Assembly (NCBI GenBank): GCA_946965045.2
Contig: OX337229.1
Coordinates: forward strand, 5,642,001-5,706,000
Direction of reading: 5' to 3'
Source of the DNA: Epithemia pelagica
Lineage: Eukaryota; Protista; Bacillariophyta
DNA: 64,000 bases
The translations under genes were made by a program, and so were the position numbers. Every line of letters begins with the position of its first letter. Within the stretch, counting starts at the first letter, position 1. Below are positions 1-12,453 of this stretch, piece by piece. Below the pieces are notes generated by a model. That model was not told the DNA's origin, ran no database searches, and saw nothing but the letters and a program-made list of their open reading frames with translations.

Positions 1-1
1 C

Positions 2-3000
2 TTTACACTGGATCAAATTGAAACGCACATTAATTCCCTCAGTAATGGACTACAATTATCTCCCCAACGACTCAAGGCCAAGTGTCTCGAAGTCCTCAAA
101 GTACTCCAGTCGCACCAACATGCCTGGGTGTTTAACACACCAGTCGATCCGGTCGAATTGAACCTGCCCGACTATTTTGAAGTGATCAAGAAACCCATGG
201 ATCTCGGAACGATCCGGAAGAAACTGGACAATGGCGTTTATCACCGGCTCGAGGAATTTGAAGAACATGTCTTGCTCACCTTTGACAATGCCATGCTCTA
301 CAATCCCGAAGGTACCGTGGTCTACAACATGGCCAAGGACATGAAGGCCAAATTCCAGGAGGACTACAAGACTTTGTTGGATCAATTAGAGGCGGAAGAA
401 GACGTGAAACGGAAGAATGGCGAAGCCTGTTTTTTGTGTGGCTGTGAAAAACTCTTGTTTGAGCCGCCCGTCTTTTATTGCAATGGCATGAACTGTCCCT
501 CCAAACGGATCCGGCGAAACAGCTATTATTACGTCGGTGGGAACAACCAATATCATTGGTGTCATCAGTGTTTCCAAGAACTACGGGACAATACCACGAT
601 TGATCTGGGTGATATCTCGATCAAAAAGGAAAGTTTGACCAAAAAGAAAAATGATGAGGTTCACGAGGAGAGCTGGGTGCAATGCGACCGGTGTGAACGG
701 TGGGTCCATCAAATTTGTGCTCTTTTCAACACACGGCAAAACAAGGATCAACGGTCCGAGTATGCCTGTCCGCGCTGTACCATTGACGACCGAAGAAAGA
801 AGAATCAAACCGAAGGAACCTCCTCGACCCCCATGGCCGACGACCTTCCTCGGACCAAACTTTCCGAGTATCTCGAAAACCACGTGCGGGAAAAGGTGGA
901 CCATTTTTTGGATGAAAAAGCCAAGGAAAAGGCCGAGACGGATCATGTGACGGTCCAAGAAGCCCGGAAGAAGATTGAAATGGGCGGAGCCATCACAATA
1001 CGTCAAGTCACATCCATGGACCGGAAACTCGAAGTCCGAGAACGCATGAAGAAGCGCTACTCCTTCAAGAATTATCCAGACGAATTCTCCTTCCGGTGCA
1101 AATGCATTGTGGTCTTTCAAAATCTGGACGGTGTGGATGTCATTTTGTTTGGTCTTTACGTGTATGAGCACGACGAATCCAACCCGGAACCCAATAAGCG
1201 AGCCGTGTACATTTCCTATCTCGACAGTGTACATTTCATGAGACCACGGCAGATGAGAACCTTTATCTACCACGAAATTTTGATTTCCTACTTGGATTAT
1301 GTTCGACGGCGCGGTTTCAAGAGTGCCCATATCTGGGCTTGTCCGCCGCTAAAGGGGGATGATTATATCTTGTACGCCAAGCCAGAGGACCAGAAAACAC
1401 CCAAGGATGAACGTCTTCGTCAATGGTACTTGGATATGTTGATTGAGAGCCAGAGACGAGGGATTGTCGGCAAGGTCACCAATATGTATGACCTGTATTT
1501 TTCCAACGAGAAGTTTGACGCCACGATTGTACCATATATGGATGGTGACTATTTCCCGGCCGAAGTCGAGAATATTATAAAGGATATTGAAGAAGGCAAG
1601 TCAGGAAAGAAGAAGGATGCGGGTGGAAAGAAGAAAAAGGGTGACAAACAGAAGAAAAAGAAATCTGGACGATCAGGCACGCGATCTGCCGGCTTGGATG
1701 AAGAATCCTTCAAGGCCAGTGGGTTAGAGACACCAGGTGCCGACCAAAAGAGTCTTGAAGATGGGGCCCGTGATTTTGTCATGGTGAAACTGGGAGAAAC
1801 CATTCAACCAATGAAAGAAAGTTTTATTGTTGCTTTCCTGGCATGCGAAGGTGCCTCCGAGGAGACTATGGAAGTACCGGAAGATATTCGAGCGTACAGA
1901 GAAGCCAACAACATTGATTGGAAGCTTCCCCCGTCGGAAAAATCAGAGTCTGCAAACGAAAATACCTCCTCAGCGACTCCCATGGAAACGGAGGCTACAC
2001 CTTCTTCATCGGCTGCGCCCGATAAGGCCTCAGAAGCTCCTTCGGATCAAGCTGCGGCTCCATCCACGGCAACGAATGGTGACACCGAAGCTGCTCCCGC
2101 TTCGTCTGCACCTGCAGCAGATCCTGCGGCATCGAATCCTTCAGAAGCAACCGGTGAAGAGAAGCCTCAAACGGAACCGGCTGCGGCAGATTCTTCTGGT
2201 ACCAATGACGATGCCGAGAAGAAGAGTCAGGCGGTCAATATGAGTATTCGGGAAGGAAAGTTCGCCGCAATGGCCGCGCGCAAGCGTGACCGTGAAGGAA
2301 TTCCCAAAGAAACTGCGGAGAAGAAACCAGACAAGTCGAAGCCAGACAAGAAGGAGCCGAAACCAGACGTTTACGTCACGGACAGGAAAGGGCGCAGAGT
2401 CAAAGTTCTTGATGACGATGACGAAGAACTGGATTGTGAGTTCCTGAATAATCGCCAAGCATTTTTGAATCTCTGCCAAGGCAATCACTATCAGTTTGAT
2501 CACCTCCGACGCGCCAAGCATTCGTCCATGATGGTTTTGTGGCATTTGCACAACAGGGATGCTCCCAAGTTTGTCCAGCAGTGTGCTACTTGTTCACGAG
2601 AGATTTTGTCGGGATACCGTTTTCATTGTCCGACTTGTGCAGACTTTGATCAATGCCAGGAGTGTGTACAGAACCCAAAGATTCCACGCCACCAGCATCC
2701 TCTTAAACCCATACCGGTGACCGCAGGTCAGCAAAACGAGCTTACGGAAGCACAGCGAAAGGAGAGGCAACGAAGTATTCAACTTCACATGACCCTTCTA
2801 CTCCACGCAGCAACCTGTACTGCACCGAACTGTCCATCAGCTAATTGCAGTAAGATGAAAGGGCTTTTGAAGCATGGAACCACGTGTCAAATCAAAGCCG
2901 CTGGCGGTTGCAATGTTTGCAAACGAATCTGGGCCCTCCTTCAAATCCATGCTCGGCAGTGCAAAGCGAAGTCATGCCCCGTTCCGAATTGTATGGCTAT

Positions 3001-3094
3001 CAGAGAACGTGTTCGGCAGCTGAAGAAACAACAACAGGCAATGGACGATCGACGAAGACAGGAAATGAACCGCGCGTATCGGGGAAAGCGATAA
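2..3094 (+). CDS. CBP/p300-type histone acetyltransferase (5'-partial): bromodomain, RING/PHD, KAT11 HAT, ZZ and TAZ2 domains
   Basis: Frame is open from base 2. Motifs: bromodomain (WVFNTPVD...[12 protein letters not shown]), PHD ([15 protein letters not shown]), HAT core ([24 protein letters not shown]), ZZ (CATC...[13 protein letters not shown]), TAZ (LLLHAATC...HARQC). Confidence 0.95.
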   Translation, partial: FTLDQIETHINSLSNGLQLSPQRLKAKCLEVLKVLQSHQHAWVFNTPVDPVELNLPDYFEVIKKPMDLGTIRKKLDNGVYHRLEEFEEHVLLTFDNAMLYNPEGTVVYNMAKDMKAKFQEDYKTLLDQLEAEEDVKRKNGEACFLCGCEKLLFEPPVFYCNGMNCPSKRIRRNSYYYVGGNNQYHWCHQCFQELRDNTTIDLGDISIKKESLTKKKNDEVHEESWVQCDRCERWVHQICALFNTRQNKDQRSEYACPRCTIDDRRKKNQTEGTSSTPMADDLPRTKLSEYLENHVREKVDHFLDEKAKEKAETDHVTVQEARKKIEMGGAITIRQVTSMDRKLEVRERMKKRYSFKNYPDEFSFRCKCIVVFQNLDGVDVILFGLYVYEHDESNPEPNKRAVYISYLDSVHFMRPRQMRTFIYHEILISYLDYVRRRGFKSAHIWACPPLKGDDYILYAKPEDQKTPKDERLRQWYLDMLIESQRRGIVGKVTNMYDLYFSNEKFDATIVPYMDGDYFPAEVENIIKDIEEGKSGKKKDAGGKKKKGDKQKKKKSGRSGTRSAGLDEESFKASGLETPGADQKSLEDGARDFVMVKLGETIQPMKESFIVAFLACEGASEETMEVPEDIRAYREANNIDWKLPPSEKSESANENTSSATPMETEATPSSSAAPDKASEAPSDQAAAPSTATNGDTEAAPASSAPAADPAASNPSEATGEEKPQTEPAAADSSGTNDDAEKKSQAVNMSIREGKFAAMAARKRDREGIPKETAEKKPDKSKPDKKEPKPDVYVTDRKGRRVKVLDDDDEELDCEFLNNRQAFLNLCQGNHYQFDHLRRAKHSSMMVLWHLHNRDAPKFVQQCATCSREILSGYRFHCPTCADFDQCQECVQNPKIPRHQHPLKPIPVTAGQQNELTEAQRKERQRSIQLHMTLLLHAATCTAPNCPSANCSKMKGLLKHGTTCQIKAAGGCNVCKRIWALLQIHARQCKAKSCPVPNCMAIRERVRQLKKQQQAMDDRRRQEMNRAYRGKR

Positions 3095-3258
3095 GGTCTG
3101 AAAACAACAGTAACCTGTTTGCTACATCTAATATAGTCGATTTGATAAAATATTCTCATTTGTAATTTCTACTGTGAAAACGAGCATTGTGCATGGCTCG
3201 CATTTTGTCCAAGAGTAGATGCAAGATCTCTCAGCATGCCCGTGAGAAACAGAATGTT

Positions 3259-5261
3259 TCAGTGTTCTTGGCGCCCAAAGCCTTCGTTTCTTTTGTAGGC
3301 CAACTTCTCCGCAGCGGTAACACGGTCTTGAGTCCAGTTGCCGGAACTTGTCCGTCGCTGATACCGTGCCTTCTTGATGTCGAAGATCTCTTGAAGGTCA
3401 CAGGTTAGCACCTCGCCGAAAATTTGATCTGGATCATGTAGTTTTTGAGAGAACTGGTGGTCCAAAGCGGGGATCAATTTAGCTTTCTGTGCCCATTCTG
3501 GAATCCTCTTCTTGGGTTTCCTTTGTCCCTCATCTTCTGATTCACTGTCACTCTGATCTCGATCCGAGAGTTCATATGTATCCATCGGTGACAATACCGT
3601 AGAGAAACTCGACTTGACACTGGATGGTGTCAAATCTGGTTTCGCCGCCATGACCGCCGCTTTCGATTCAGCGATTGTCGCCTTAGATACTGTTTGACCT
3701 ACCATAGCGTTTGTCGAAGATGCAAAGCCCTTAATTGATTTTGTTGACTCTCCCAAAACCTTTGTGGCAGTGCTTGGTCCACCAAAAGGCCTAATTGGAT
3801 CTCCCACCATCTTTGTGGCAGATGTGCCGGTAGATTTTCCGAAGTATTCTTGAACAACTTTGTTTGGGCTGTTCTCTTTGGCTGGTTCTTGCGCTGGGAC
3901 AGATCCATGTCCCTGCAGCAGAGCCTGTGCCTTTTCACGCATTTGCGCAGCTAGTCGGTTCTTCTTCCCGTCACTGGCCGTCAATTGAGCGCACTCAGCA
4001 TATGCCCCTACCTTGGACAATGCAGGCACTGATCTTATCGACGATGTAGTAGTGGGCACAACAGGCTTGCTCTATCAACAAATTAACATACGTGAGGACA
4101 TTGACAATCAAGACAACTTGCAAAACATGCATGAGCGAATACGTACCTTGCTTCGGATCTCTGCAATCCTTGCTTTTCGGGCTTCTTTGAAGGTCTTCAT
4201 TGATGTAATGGATGAGCTACCTGGTGGGTCGGTGCCCTTCTTTGTCACGGTTCCGGAGGGCCCCCATGTTCTGAAGCTTTTCGATACCGAGGTGCTGGAG
4301 AGAGAAGTCTTGGCATCTGCGTTACTTTGAGATCCATCTTCGTGCAATGATGCCGTGGCAAGTGTTTGCTCCTCTCTTGTTTGTTTGGTCTCTATCTTCT
4401 GAATCAAACTACTAACATTCTTTGTCTTCGCTGGTGAGAGTGCTCTAAAGGCTGATTTCACGAGCTTCAAGGGAGATCGACCGCCACTTTTCGGTGACGT
4501 GCCCATATTTGACACTGGATTGTTGTTTCTTTCTTCCGTGGAGCTCTTTCTTTCGTACGACTGTTTGTCGGTTTCCATGGGAACAAGTTCCTCTTCTTGC
4601 TTTTCCGGGACGACGACCATTTCATCAGACACTTCTTCAATTTCCATCTCCGATACTCCATCCATGTGCTCACCAGTCGCTGGTACAGGGTCCCCGATCG
4701 CTGCTTGAGATTCTGCAGTACCTGATGCGGGATTATCGATCCCCGACGAGACGTTGTTATCTTCCTTTGCGGACTGTTGTGAGGAAAGGCTTTCACTTTC
4801 AGTCCTTTGTTCCTGTTGTTCAATGGCTTCCACCAGTCTGGCCTGTAGAACTTTCTTCACCCCGTTTCCATCGAGACCACGTTCACGAAGCATAGCACTC
4901 AGCTCTTTCACTTTAAGTGTATAGACAAAATCAACGGATGATGGAGCAGTCTCCACCTTTGCTTTCTTCTTAAGCGGTGATTTGCCTTCCGCAGATTCAT
5001 GTTTCGTTCTGGATTCTGCTATTTGTTTGCGTCGAATCTAAAAGGCATGTATACATAAGAACAGATTCCTTCAAAGGTTCATTGAATTGTGTCCAGTGAC
5101 GAGTCTTCCACCTTCTGGAACGATCTTACCTCAAACACTTGTTGCAACCATCTGGTTGTTTCCTCTGCTGATTGTTCCAATCGCTGGAGTGATTGGCAAT
5201 GCTGTGCCCCAATACTCTGGAGAACAGAGCTTGCTGTCTCTACCATCCGCCGAGAACCCAT
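3259..5261 (-). CDS. INCENP-like chromosomal passenger protein with SAP domain and C-terminal IN-box (Aurora B binding); 3 exons
   Basis: Exons 5261-5130, 5037-4147 and 4071-3259 join in frame across GT-AG introns. SAP motif LKVKELSAMLRERGLDGNGVKKVLQARL. IN-box: YELSD...IPEWA...DPDQIFG...DLQEIF...YQRRTSSGNW. Confidence 0.8.
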
Positions 5262-5941
5262 CTTTCGTCACCGTTGCAGAGTCTGAATATGAATGATCAA
5301 TAATCAATGTAAGTGAAATCTCGAGGGAAGAGGAAGTGTCGGTGAGATCCGTTTCCTGGGTCTCGCAGTGGCGAAAATATGAGGAGAAAAGGGATATGGC
5401 CGCCTGGCGTGAGTAGTAGATATCGCTATCGAACTGGAGGTTAGAATGGGGCCATCCGTCCGTTAAGCACGTCAGCAACGCATGGCGCACTAAAAATTCG
5501 AGCAGGACGAGCTCCCTTGCGCCATACCACTCACACATTTTAAATCGTATGAGAGTTCACCAACGCCGCCGATTTCGGAGAAGGGTCTGGTCTACTTTTC
5601 ATTGGGAGGAGAAAGTAACCTTATCAACATCTTACCTAAATTGTATTGTAGACACTCGTAAATACAATAACTATACTGAACAATCGCTATCCGAAGTACA
5701 AGGAAAAGAAAACTCGACCTGACTTCTACAAAACACGTGAAGGTGGCTGACGTAAAGGTTGAGGATTCTCATACGATGGGAATGCAGAATGAGACTACGC
5801 ACACAATCTTATATCGGGACTGTCGGCCTCCAGAATCGAACGCTGCATTTTCCAACCGCCGTCTTAGACGAGTATCTAGAATCATTTCACCAATGCTTAT
5901 GTTGTCCTTCAAAAACCGTAGTGTTGGGAATCATGAATCAT

Positions 5942-5976
5942 GGGAATCCACACATATCTGGGGAATCCACACATAT
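5942..5976. repeat. Short direct repeat GGGAATCCACACATAT x2 (19-bp period)
   Basis: Copies at 5942-5957 and 5961-5976, just downstream of the SPX-EXS stop codon. Confidence 0.9.
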
Positions 5977-6004
5977 ATGAGCAAATATCTCGTCAGATAG
6001 ATTC

Positions 6005-8734
6005 TTACAATTCAGTGCTTGACCTTTCCGTCGCGTGTTGTGCAGCAATCACGCTTCCAAATGACACCATTACTACCACAAGCGTGATAATCGCAACCTC
6101 CAGCAGAACGCTAAATCCTCTGTGTTGCTTTTCTTGCGTGTACTCGTGCATATGCCCGGTAGCAAAGTGCAATGGTACAAAGTCCACCCTCCTATAACCT
6201 GCAGTGTTGCTTCGGTGTTCATTTTCCAACCGTAGGAATCCCCACAAAGTTCGTCTCCACAGTTCGAGTACCATCGATACAGCTGTCAGGTAATCTGGAA
6301 TAGCAAACTTGGCACCCGTATGAGGGGGGATCAGCGTTAGGACCCAAGCAAATCTCAGTACGAAATCAACAGCGATGATAGCATAGTATGCTCCTTTTCT
6401 GGGAAACATGAGCCGAGGTCCGAGAAACGCATACTTTCGACGACCAAGGCCCCAATCCATGTAAACGTCCCATCCAAAGGAGTAGAGCGACGAACCAATA
6501 AAGGCAAACATCCAGAACAGCTGAAACACGTCCGACTCTCGATTGCTATTCAGATCCAAGTAGAGTGGATGGAAGGCACCAAACAGGGTAACAGTCTGAG
6601 AGACTGCATACTTGAGAGCATTGGGTAGGTGAGGAAATCGATCCCCCGTGTCCGCATATCTACGAAGGCACTGACTGAATCGGAACCATAAAGGGATCAG
6701 TGTGACCAGAGGAATCAGATAGTGCTTGTAGAGGTTTGTATGCGCCCATTTGTGCTTTCCCGAGGCCTTCAAATCCTCTGATACGAGCCAATCCCCAGAG
6801 AGTATAAAGAAAGAAGTCCAGACAATGTCCTGGAAAACCTTGACCATGCTGGTGAATATATCTCCGACGTAACCATCAAAGAACGATGGTGAGGATGTAG
6901 GTGTCGTAATAAGCTTCCAAATAGAGAGCCACATGGGTATTCTTGTTTTGACGGGCCAGAGAAGTTGCAGCAGAGTATACATGACCAGCAAAAAGGGAAA
7001 TATTCCGGCTGGAAGAGTGTCGCCCGGAATGTCATGAACTCCAGCTTTGTAGTACAAAAGCGCGCATGTGAGAAACACAATTGTATTGTCCACCGCTTCG
7101 TTGAATATTTTCAATGGACTTGCCACAATTCGTGGATCAAAGTCAAACAGGTAAATGTAGTTGATGCGATACCGTGACCAAACCCAGGCACTCATACCCC
7201 AAAACCATTGCAGCGTCAGCAATCCTCCACAGGCCCGGAAGACAGGAAAGGCCGCTCGTTCGCCAATGGTCGAAGACCCCTCGGACACAAAGCCCCAGAA
7301 GCAATCCCAGCATACCCATAAACCAAGAATGGTACACATTCCGAGTCGATAACCCAATCGAAACTGAGACCAATCCATTTCCAAACTATCTCCTTTCTTG
7401 GGTAGTAGTTGAGCTCGAGCTTCACTACGGTTGCCTCCACAGAACCATGATGCATACAGCCTTTCCAACAACGCAGCATGTTCTTCAATGGCTTTGCCTT
7501 CATTGCATATTTCAGTTGGACGAATCGCTTGTTTGTACTTTCCCTTTTCTTCCGGGATCCCCTTGTCATGTTTCTTGACAATCTTGACAAACCCAGTGAA
7601 ATTCAAAATGGCATAGTTGTGCAGCAGCTTGGCCGTCCGATATTGATCAACCAATGCACGTTGAATGGATTCCGCTTCGCGAATTCGTTGTGCCTTGACT
7701 TCGGTTCGTTTGCTGCTGTCCATTTCCTTGTTGGCATCACCACCACCCACAAATTCGACGTCTTCTTCGTCGTCATCAAAATCAAGCCCAATCGGAACCC
7801 GTTCGGAAGAACAAAGAGGGAGTCGTACCAGTGACTTGGCAAACTCAATCGGCGTTCTACTTCTTCGATGGTTTGGTCCTTCCTCATTTATTTGTCCCGC
7901 CAATTGCCGTGGTGTAAGGCCTAATCCTTCGGCTGCCGTTTCCTTGAGAAAGTCAAGACGGTCCTGCACTTCCTTCAACTTTTCGGAATAAAATTCATTG
8001 ACCATTTCAATGTCCTTGACCAGGACTTGTTCAAATTCCTTGGAGTGTTTTTGATATTGCAGGAGGGAATCCTTCATTTGACGCTCCAGGGGACTGCTAA
8101 AATATTCCGTCACTCCACTCGCGGCCCTTCGCAGGGCTTGCGTAAAGTTACTGCCCACACTGGATTCCGAGTGTTCCGATTTGGAAACGTCCTTGATTTT
8201 GTGATGACTCGAGTTGTCGAGTGGCATGTTTCTACTCCCAGAGTCACCATGCTGCTGTTGTTGCTGTTGTTGCGTAGCCAGAGAGACGCCCGGTCGTAGT
8301 GGTGATTGTTGTTCAAACGCATGATGAATCTGGCCTCCGTAGCCGAGTATGGTGGTCTTTCCATTCGGACTCACACCGCCGCCACCACCCAAGAGTGATG
8401 TTGTCTCATTAGTCGTGTCCAATTGGTTATTATTTCCTTCGCCCTCTTCCGACAGGGGCGACGATGCTAGCGTCCCAGCCACTACATTTTCGCGGCTGAT
8501 GCGACGCTTTTCTTCTCGAATACTTTCAATCGAACTGACCGGTGTCAATCGACCCGCCTTGAACAGTTCCTTGAGTGATTTGGCCAGTGCTGGATCTCGG
8601 TTGGCCAAGTCACTAAAGCGTTTAAAGTGCTCCTTGCACTTTTTGAGAATCTGTTTGAGTTTCTCATACCGAATATAGTAATCACCCCATTCCGCCACTC
8701 GATTGTCCTCCAACTTGAGTCCAAACTCCACCAT
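6005..8734 (-). CDS. SPX-EXS phosphate exporter (PHO1/XPR1/SYG1 family)
   Basis: N-terminus MVEFGLKL...EWGDYYIRYEKLK and SPX lysine cluster NFTGFVKIVKKHDK. Multi-TM EXS domain with GDIFTSMVK, WDVYMDWGL and WGFLRLENEH. Confidence 0.93.
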   Translation of the reverse strand: MVEFGLKLEDNRVAEWGDYYIRYEKLKQILKKCKEHFKRFSDLANRDPALAKSLKELFKAGRLTPVSSIESIREEKRRISRENVVAGTLASSPLSEEGEGNNNQLDTTNETTSLLGGGGGVSPNGKTTILGYGGQIHHAFEQQSPLRPGVSLATQQQQQQQHGDSGSRNMPLDNSSHHKIKDVSKSEHSESSVGSNFTQALRRAASGVTEYFSSPLERQMKDSLLQYQKHSKEFEQVLVKDIEMVNEFYSEKLKEVQDRLDFLKETAAEGLGLTPRQLAGQINEEGPNHRRSRTPIEFAKSLVRLPLCSSERVPIGLDFDDDEEDVEFVGGGDANKEMDSSKRTEVKAQRIREAESIQRALVDQYRTAKLLHNYAILNFTGFVKIVKKHDKGIPEEKGKYKQAIRPTEICNEGKAIEEHAALLERLYASWFCGGNRSEARAQLLPKKGDSLEMDWSQFRLGYRLGMCTILGLWVCWDCFWGFVSEGSSTIGERAAFPVFRACGGLLTLQWFWGMSAWVWSRYRINYIYLFDFDPRIVASPLKIFNEAVDNTIVFLTCALLYYKAGVHDIPGDTLPAGIFPFLLVMYTLLQLLWPVKTRIPMWLSIWKLITTPTSSPSFFDGYVGDIFTSMVKVFQDIVWTSFFILSGDWLVSEDLKASGKHKWAHTNLYKHYLIPLVTLIPLWFRFSQCLRRYADTGDRFPHLPNALKYAVSQTVTLFGAFHPLYLDLNSNRESDVFQLFWMFAFIGSSLYSFGWDVYMDWGLGRRKYAFLGPRLMFPRKGAYYAIIAVDFVLRFAWVLTLIPPHTGAKFAIPDYLTAVSMVLELWRRTLWGFLRLENEHRSNTAGYRRVDFVPLHFATGHMHEYTQEKQHRGFSVLLEVAIITLVVVMVSFGSVIAAQHATERSSTEL

Positions 8735-9310
8735 GGGGAGGGGCTTGTCGTCGTCGTATTAGACTCGTGTGAGTCGAACAAGCGAGAGGTCGCTTCCAAC
8801 GAGACGGAGAGAAAGACACGGCAGATGGGTGTGGTGGTGTGGTCCACCCACAACAACAACTCCTCCACAAAGGCAGCCTACCTAGAGCACGACAATACTT
8901 CTGGACGAAAATGTGAGAGCCGTCATTCGCCGTTGGGGCTCTCATTGCGTCAACAGTTTACTCAGACCAAATGTGTAGAATATGAGAACACTCTTTACAA
9001 ATCCTATCGCTCCATATAGTAAGTTTTATAAAGTATTGAGTTTAAATCATGATACAAAGCGAAGGAGATTTTCCCACGTCATTGCACGTTTGGATCGCAG
9101 ACTTTTTCCTCAGTCGCGGATTATATCCATGACTGCCACTGAACCTGCCTTCGTCCACTCTCCACACCACAAACTCTCGGACCGCATGGTGCGTGATACC
9201 ATGATATGTGGTTGTATTTCCCGGTGCGTCGTATTCTGAAGTAGTCCATGCTTTACGGACTGCCCTAGAAAATAAACATTCGAAGAAGAAGAAGAAGGGG
9301 AGGCGTTAAC

Positions 9311-11527
9311 ATGGGAGGTCGCGAGATTCTCCATGTGGGAATTGGATCCACCGCCTGCCATGTCTCGGCACATTACCTCAACTTGCAAGGGTTGAGTGTC
9401 ACCTCTTCCCAACATCCAACCGACGAACCAGCTGCGGAAGCACCCAGCTGTGAGGCTTCCATTACACATACCACCTTTCAACGGACGATTGTCCCTCGAA
9501 CTCTCTTGGTAGATGCTGCACCCGCAATTCCATATCGTTCCAGCGACAACCAACCCACGGCGACAACGTCCTCTTCCAGTGCTGCAATCGAGGCATCCAA
9601 GGAATCCTTTTTAAACTACAGCCTTCATCCTATCAGTCGGAACGAGTCGCAACAGTTTCAGTCGGCTGCCTTGTGGCACGGATCGATCGAACGACTGGAT
9701 CGAACGAATGATGTGCTCATGGCGGCGTCTCGGGTTCCCAATCGCGACTTGCTTCTCGAGGCACGAGAGACCGCGCAACAACTCTCGTGGGCCTCGCATT
9801 CGCGGTATCGGGCACCGGTCTCATCCCATTCATCACCTGAGTATGCCGTTTCGAGCACGGGACGAACCGTCGATTGGGATAGTCTTCCTCCGGAAGGGGA
9901 GGAGGAAGAAGAAGACGACGAAGAAGAACGAAGAAGGCTCGAACAAGGGCAAGAACGGCAATGGAAGCAACAAGTGTACCCGCCACTTCAACAGAAGATG
10001 GAAACCATATGGGACCAAGTGTTGTCGTCCACACCATCCACTCTCGAAGGTGAACCTGGATCCGATGCTCCCAATACTTTGAACGACATTCCTCCACGCT
10101 CAACTTTGTCGTGGCAAGACTATTGGATGCCTCCCGTTCATCCACATTCGACACTGCAACTGCCCGTTCGATCCGTGGAGTCGTCATCCTTCTGGCAGTC
10201 TTGGAATCATTACTATCCCATGGCCCATGCCACGGCCGGATCGGACGGTCTCGGACCGTGGATGGAAGACGAGTATTTGAACCGCATTCGTCAAATGCTG
10301 GAAGATTGCGATTCCTGTCAAGGGTTTACCATTGCATCGTCAGATGCCATGGCTGGCCTGGTGACGCCCTTATTGGAGTACCTCCAAGATGACTGTCGCC
10401 GAGCTCGACGATGGGTATGGTCCTTGAACGAGTCATCCATACAACCCGACAGTTCCAGTACATCATCGTGGAGAACCAAACGCGTCGAACAAACAAGGCA
10501 GGCGATGCAAGTCGGACTCATGTGGCATGACTTTCTCGAATCGGCACATGCCATTTTGGAATTGAATGTGCCCGGTACGGTCGATCCAGAACCGCATGAT
10601 CTCTTTTACCGTTCGGCCGTCTTGGCGGCGTCCATGGAAGCCGCCACACTCCCCCTGCGTCTGTCCACTGCGTCGTCCAACGGGACAAAACCTCTGTCGT
10701 CTCGAATTGGCCTCAAGTCCTATTACGACGGCGATTTTTCGGGGGATTCGACCTTTGGATCCGTCTCTCGCATGAATCTTTCCGACTTTTTGGCTCATTT
10801 GCAACCCTCGTCAGGTCTCTCTGTATTGGAATTGGATGCCCTCGTGTCGTTGGACCATTCGCACGTTCCACATGACAACGACGAGGGATTGTGGTCCAGT
10901 TTGCAAGAAGGAACTCGGTTCGAACGAGATCAGCGCATCAAGTATAACTCAGGCCATGCGGGTCGTTCCCAAACTGTTCTTCCTGGACGGTGGATGATGG
11001 GAACCGCACACAATGGTGGCCTGTTGACAGCACTCTCTCCCAACCGTGAGAGTGATCGAAGTCGTCATACCCATTTTGCCGTCTCGTCCTCGTTGCGGTA
11101 CCAAGGCTTGTCGTCGTCGTCGGCGGCTTTATCCTCCCAATATGTGGATTGTTTAATGGAAGGTATGGGGATTCGATATCGCCCCGAACAATCGTTTGCT
11201 ACGCATTTGAACCAAAGTTTGAGTAGCCTGACGAACCAGGGGTATGGTGCGGGGGCGTATTGGAAGCATGCCTGGGGTGCCAAGCCCGTCTTGTCGGTCC
11301 TGGGCAATACGACACGATTTCACACTCAAGCCGTCTCCATCGGAACCGGTGTCAAGCAAGCTCTGTCACCACAAAGTCGAGGATTTCTCCATCGTGACAT
11401 TGCCACCGGAATCTTGCCCGAAGAAGACAATTGCCACGAAGTACTGTCCACCATTTATAACCTTCGCGACAGATATCATCCTCCTGGTGGTATGGATGAT
11501 GACGACGGCCATGTGTTTATGGATTGA
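9311..11527 (+). CDS. Misato/DML1 tubulin-FtsZ-like protein
   Basis: N-terminus MGGREILHVGIG...AHYLNLQ, VPRTLLVD, WQDYWMPPVHPHS and IRQMLEDCDSCQGF match the Misato family. Single 738-aa ORF. Confidence 0.8.
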   Translation: MGGREILHVGIGSTACHVSAHYLNLQGLSVTSSQHPTDEPAAEAPSCEASITHTTFQRTIVPRTLLVDAAPAIPYRSSDNQPTATTSSSSAAIEASKESFLNYSLHPISRNESQQFQSAALWHGSIERLDRTNDVLMAASRVPNRDLLLEARETAQQLSWASHSRYRAPVSSHSSPEYAVSSTGRTVDWDSLPPEGEEEEEDDEEERRRLEQGQERQWKQQVYPPLQQKMETIWDQVLSSTPSTLEGEPGSDAPNTLNDIPPRSTLSWQDYWMPPVHPHSTLQLPVRSVESSSFWQSWNHYYPMAHATAGSDGLGPWMEDEYLNRIRQMLEDCDSCQGFTIASSDAMAGLVTPLLEYLQDDCRRARRWVWSLNESSIQPDSSSTSSWRTKRVEQTRQAMQVGLMWHDFLESAHAILELNVPGTVDPEPHDLFYRSAVLAASMEAATLPLRLSTASSNGTKPLSSRIGLKSYYDGDFSGDSTFGSVSRMNLSDFLAHLQPSSGLSVLELDALVSLDHSHVPHDNDEGLWSSLQEGTRFERDQRIKYNSGHAGRSQTVLPGRWMMGTAHNGGLLTALSPNRESDRSRHTHFAVSSSLRYQGLSSSSAALSSQYVDCLMEGMGIRYRPEQSFATHLNQSLSSLTNQGYGAGAYWKHAWGAKPVLSVLGNTTRFHTQAVSIGTGVKQALSPQSRGFLHRDIATGILPEEDNCHEVLSTIYNLRDRYHPPGGMDDDDGHVFMD

Positions 11528-12453
11528 CGAGCGGCAAACGAAACAGGTAGGTCCCGAGTTTGAATTTCCGGATTTGTGATGAAACTGTTTGGTGCACGCA
11601 TTCGGCACGCCGTGATAGAGACACACGCACAACAAGAACCCCCTCATGAGGAACGATCCGTCGGGCGGACAGAGGGCTCCACCGGAGTCCGTGTTGATTC
11701 GACGTTAAGTGGACAAAAATTTTATTCTGAAGGAAGTGGTTGTTGTTGTGATTGTGGCTGAGGCGTGCGTCGAAATTCGGATTCCAGAGGACGAGTGAAT
11801 CTTTTCAATCTTAACTACATTCTCTGAACGTATTGATATGAGGTAGAGAAGCAAGAACGCTAATCGGATGGAAGCAAACAAGATCCGTGGAATGCGAAAA
11901 TGATGTTGTTGCCATTTTGTACTTCTCACCACCGTGTTCTCTTATTTCATTCTCAGAGACGTCCACCTGAAGAATCTTGCACCCAGGTCATTCGGTGAGT
12001 TCAAAAAGAATCGAGACTGGACCAAATCCCAAAAGATGCGTTTGCTTTCATACAATTTCCTTTAACTACTCTGATAGTTTGTGAACGTCAAAAACAAAGC
12101 TTGCTGATGGTTGCGAGCGAGAGGAAAAGCTATTGGATTGAAACCTTACGATCATCTCACTTTTGTTGCTGTATTTCCGTGTTTTACACAGTTTGTCCTT
12201 CTGGAAAAGACGCACATGTTCGAATGGAGATGGGCTCCTTGACAAACTACAGAGGTGAAAAAGAAATGACATGCTACTCTTACAGGTTCATGACCGGATT
12301 CCCTACCCATCTTCATCTCCACACAATACAATTATCGCTGACTTGTGTTGGTAGTGGAAAACGTCTTTGAGGAGGAGAATGGAACGTTTACCCGGCTCCC
12401 CGGTGCGAATGAAAGGAGCAGGTGACGACAAGGTCGAGGCGACTTTCTCGTCG

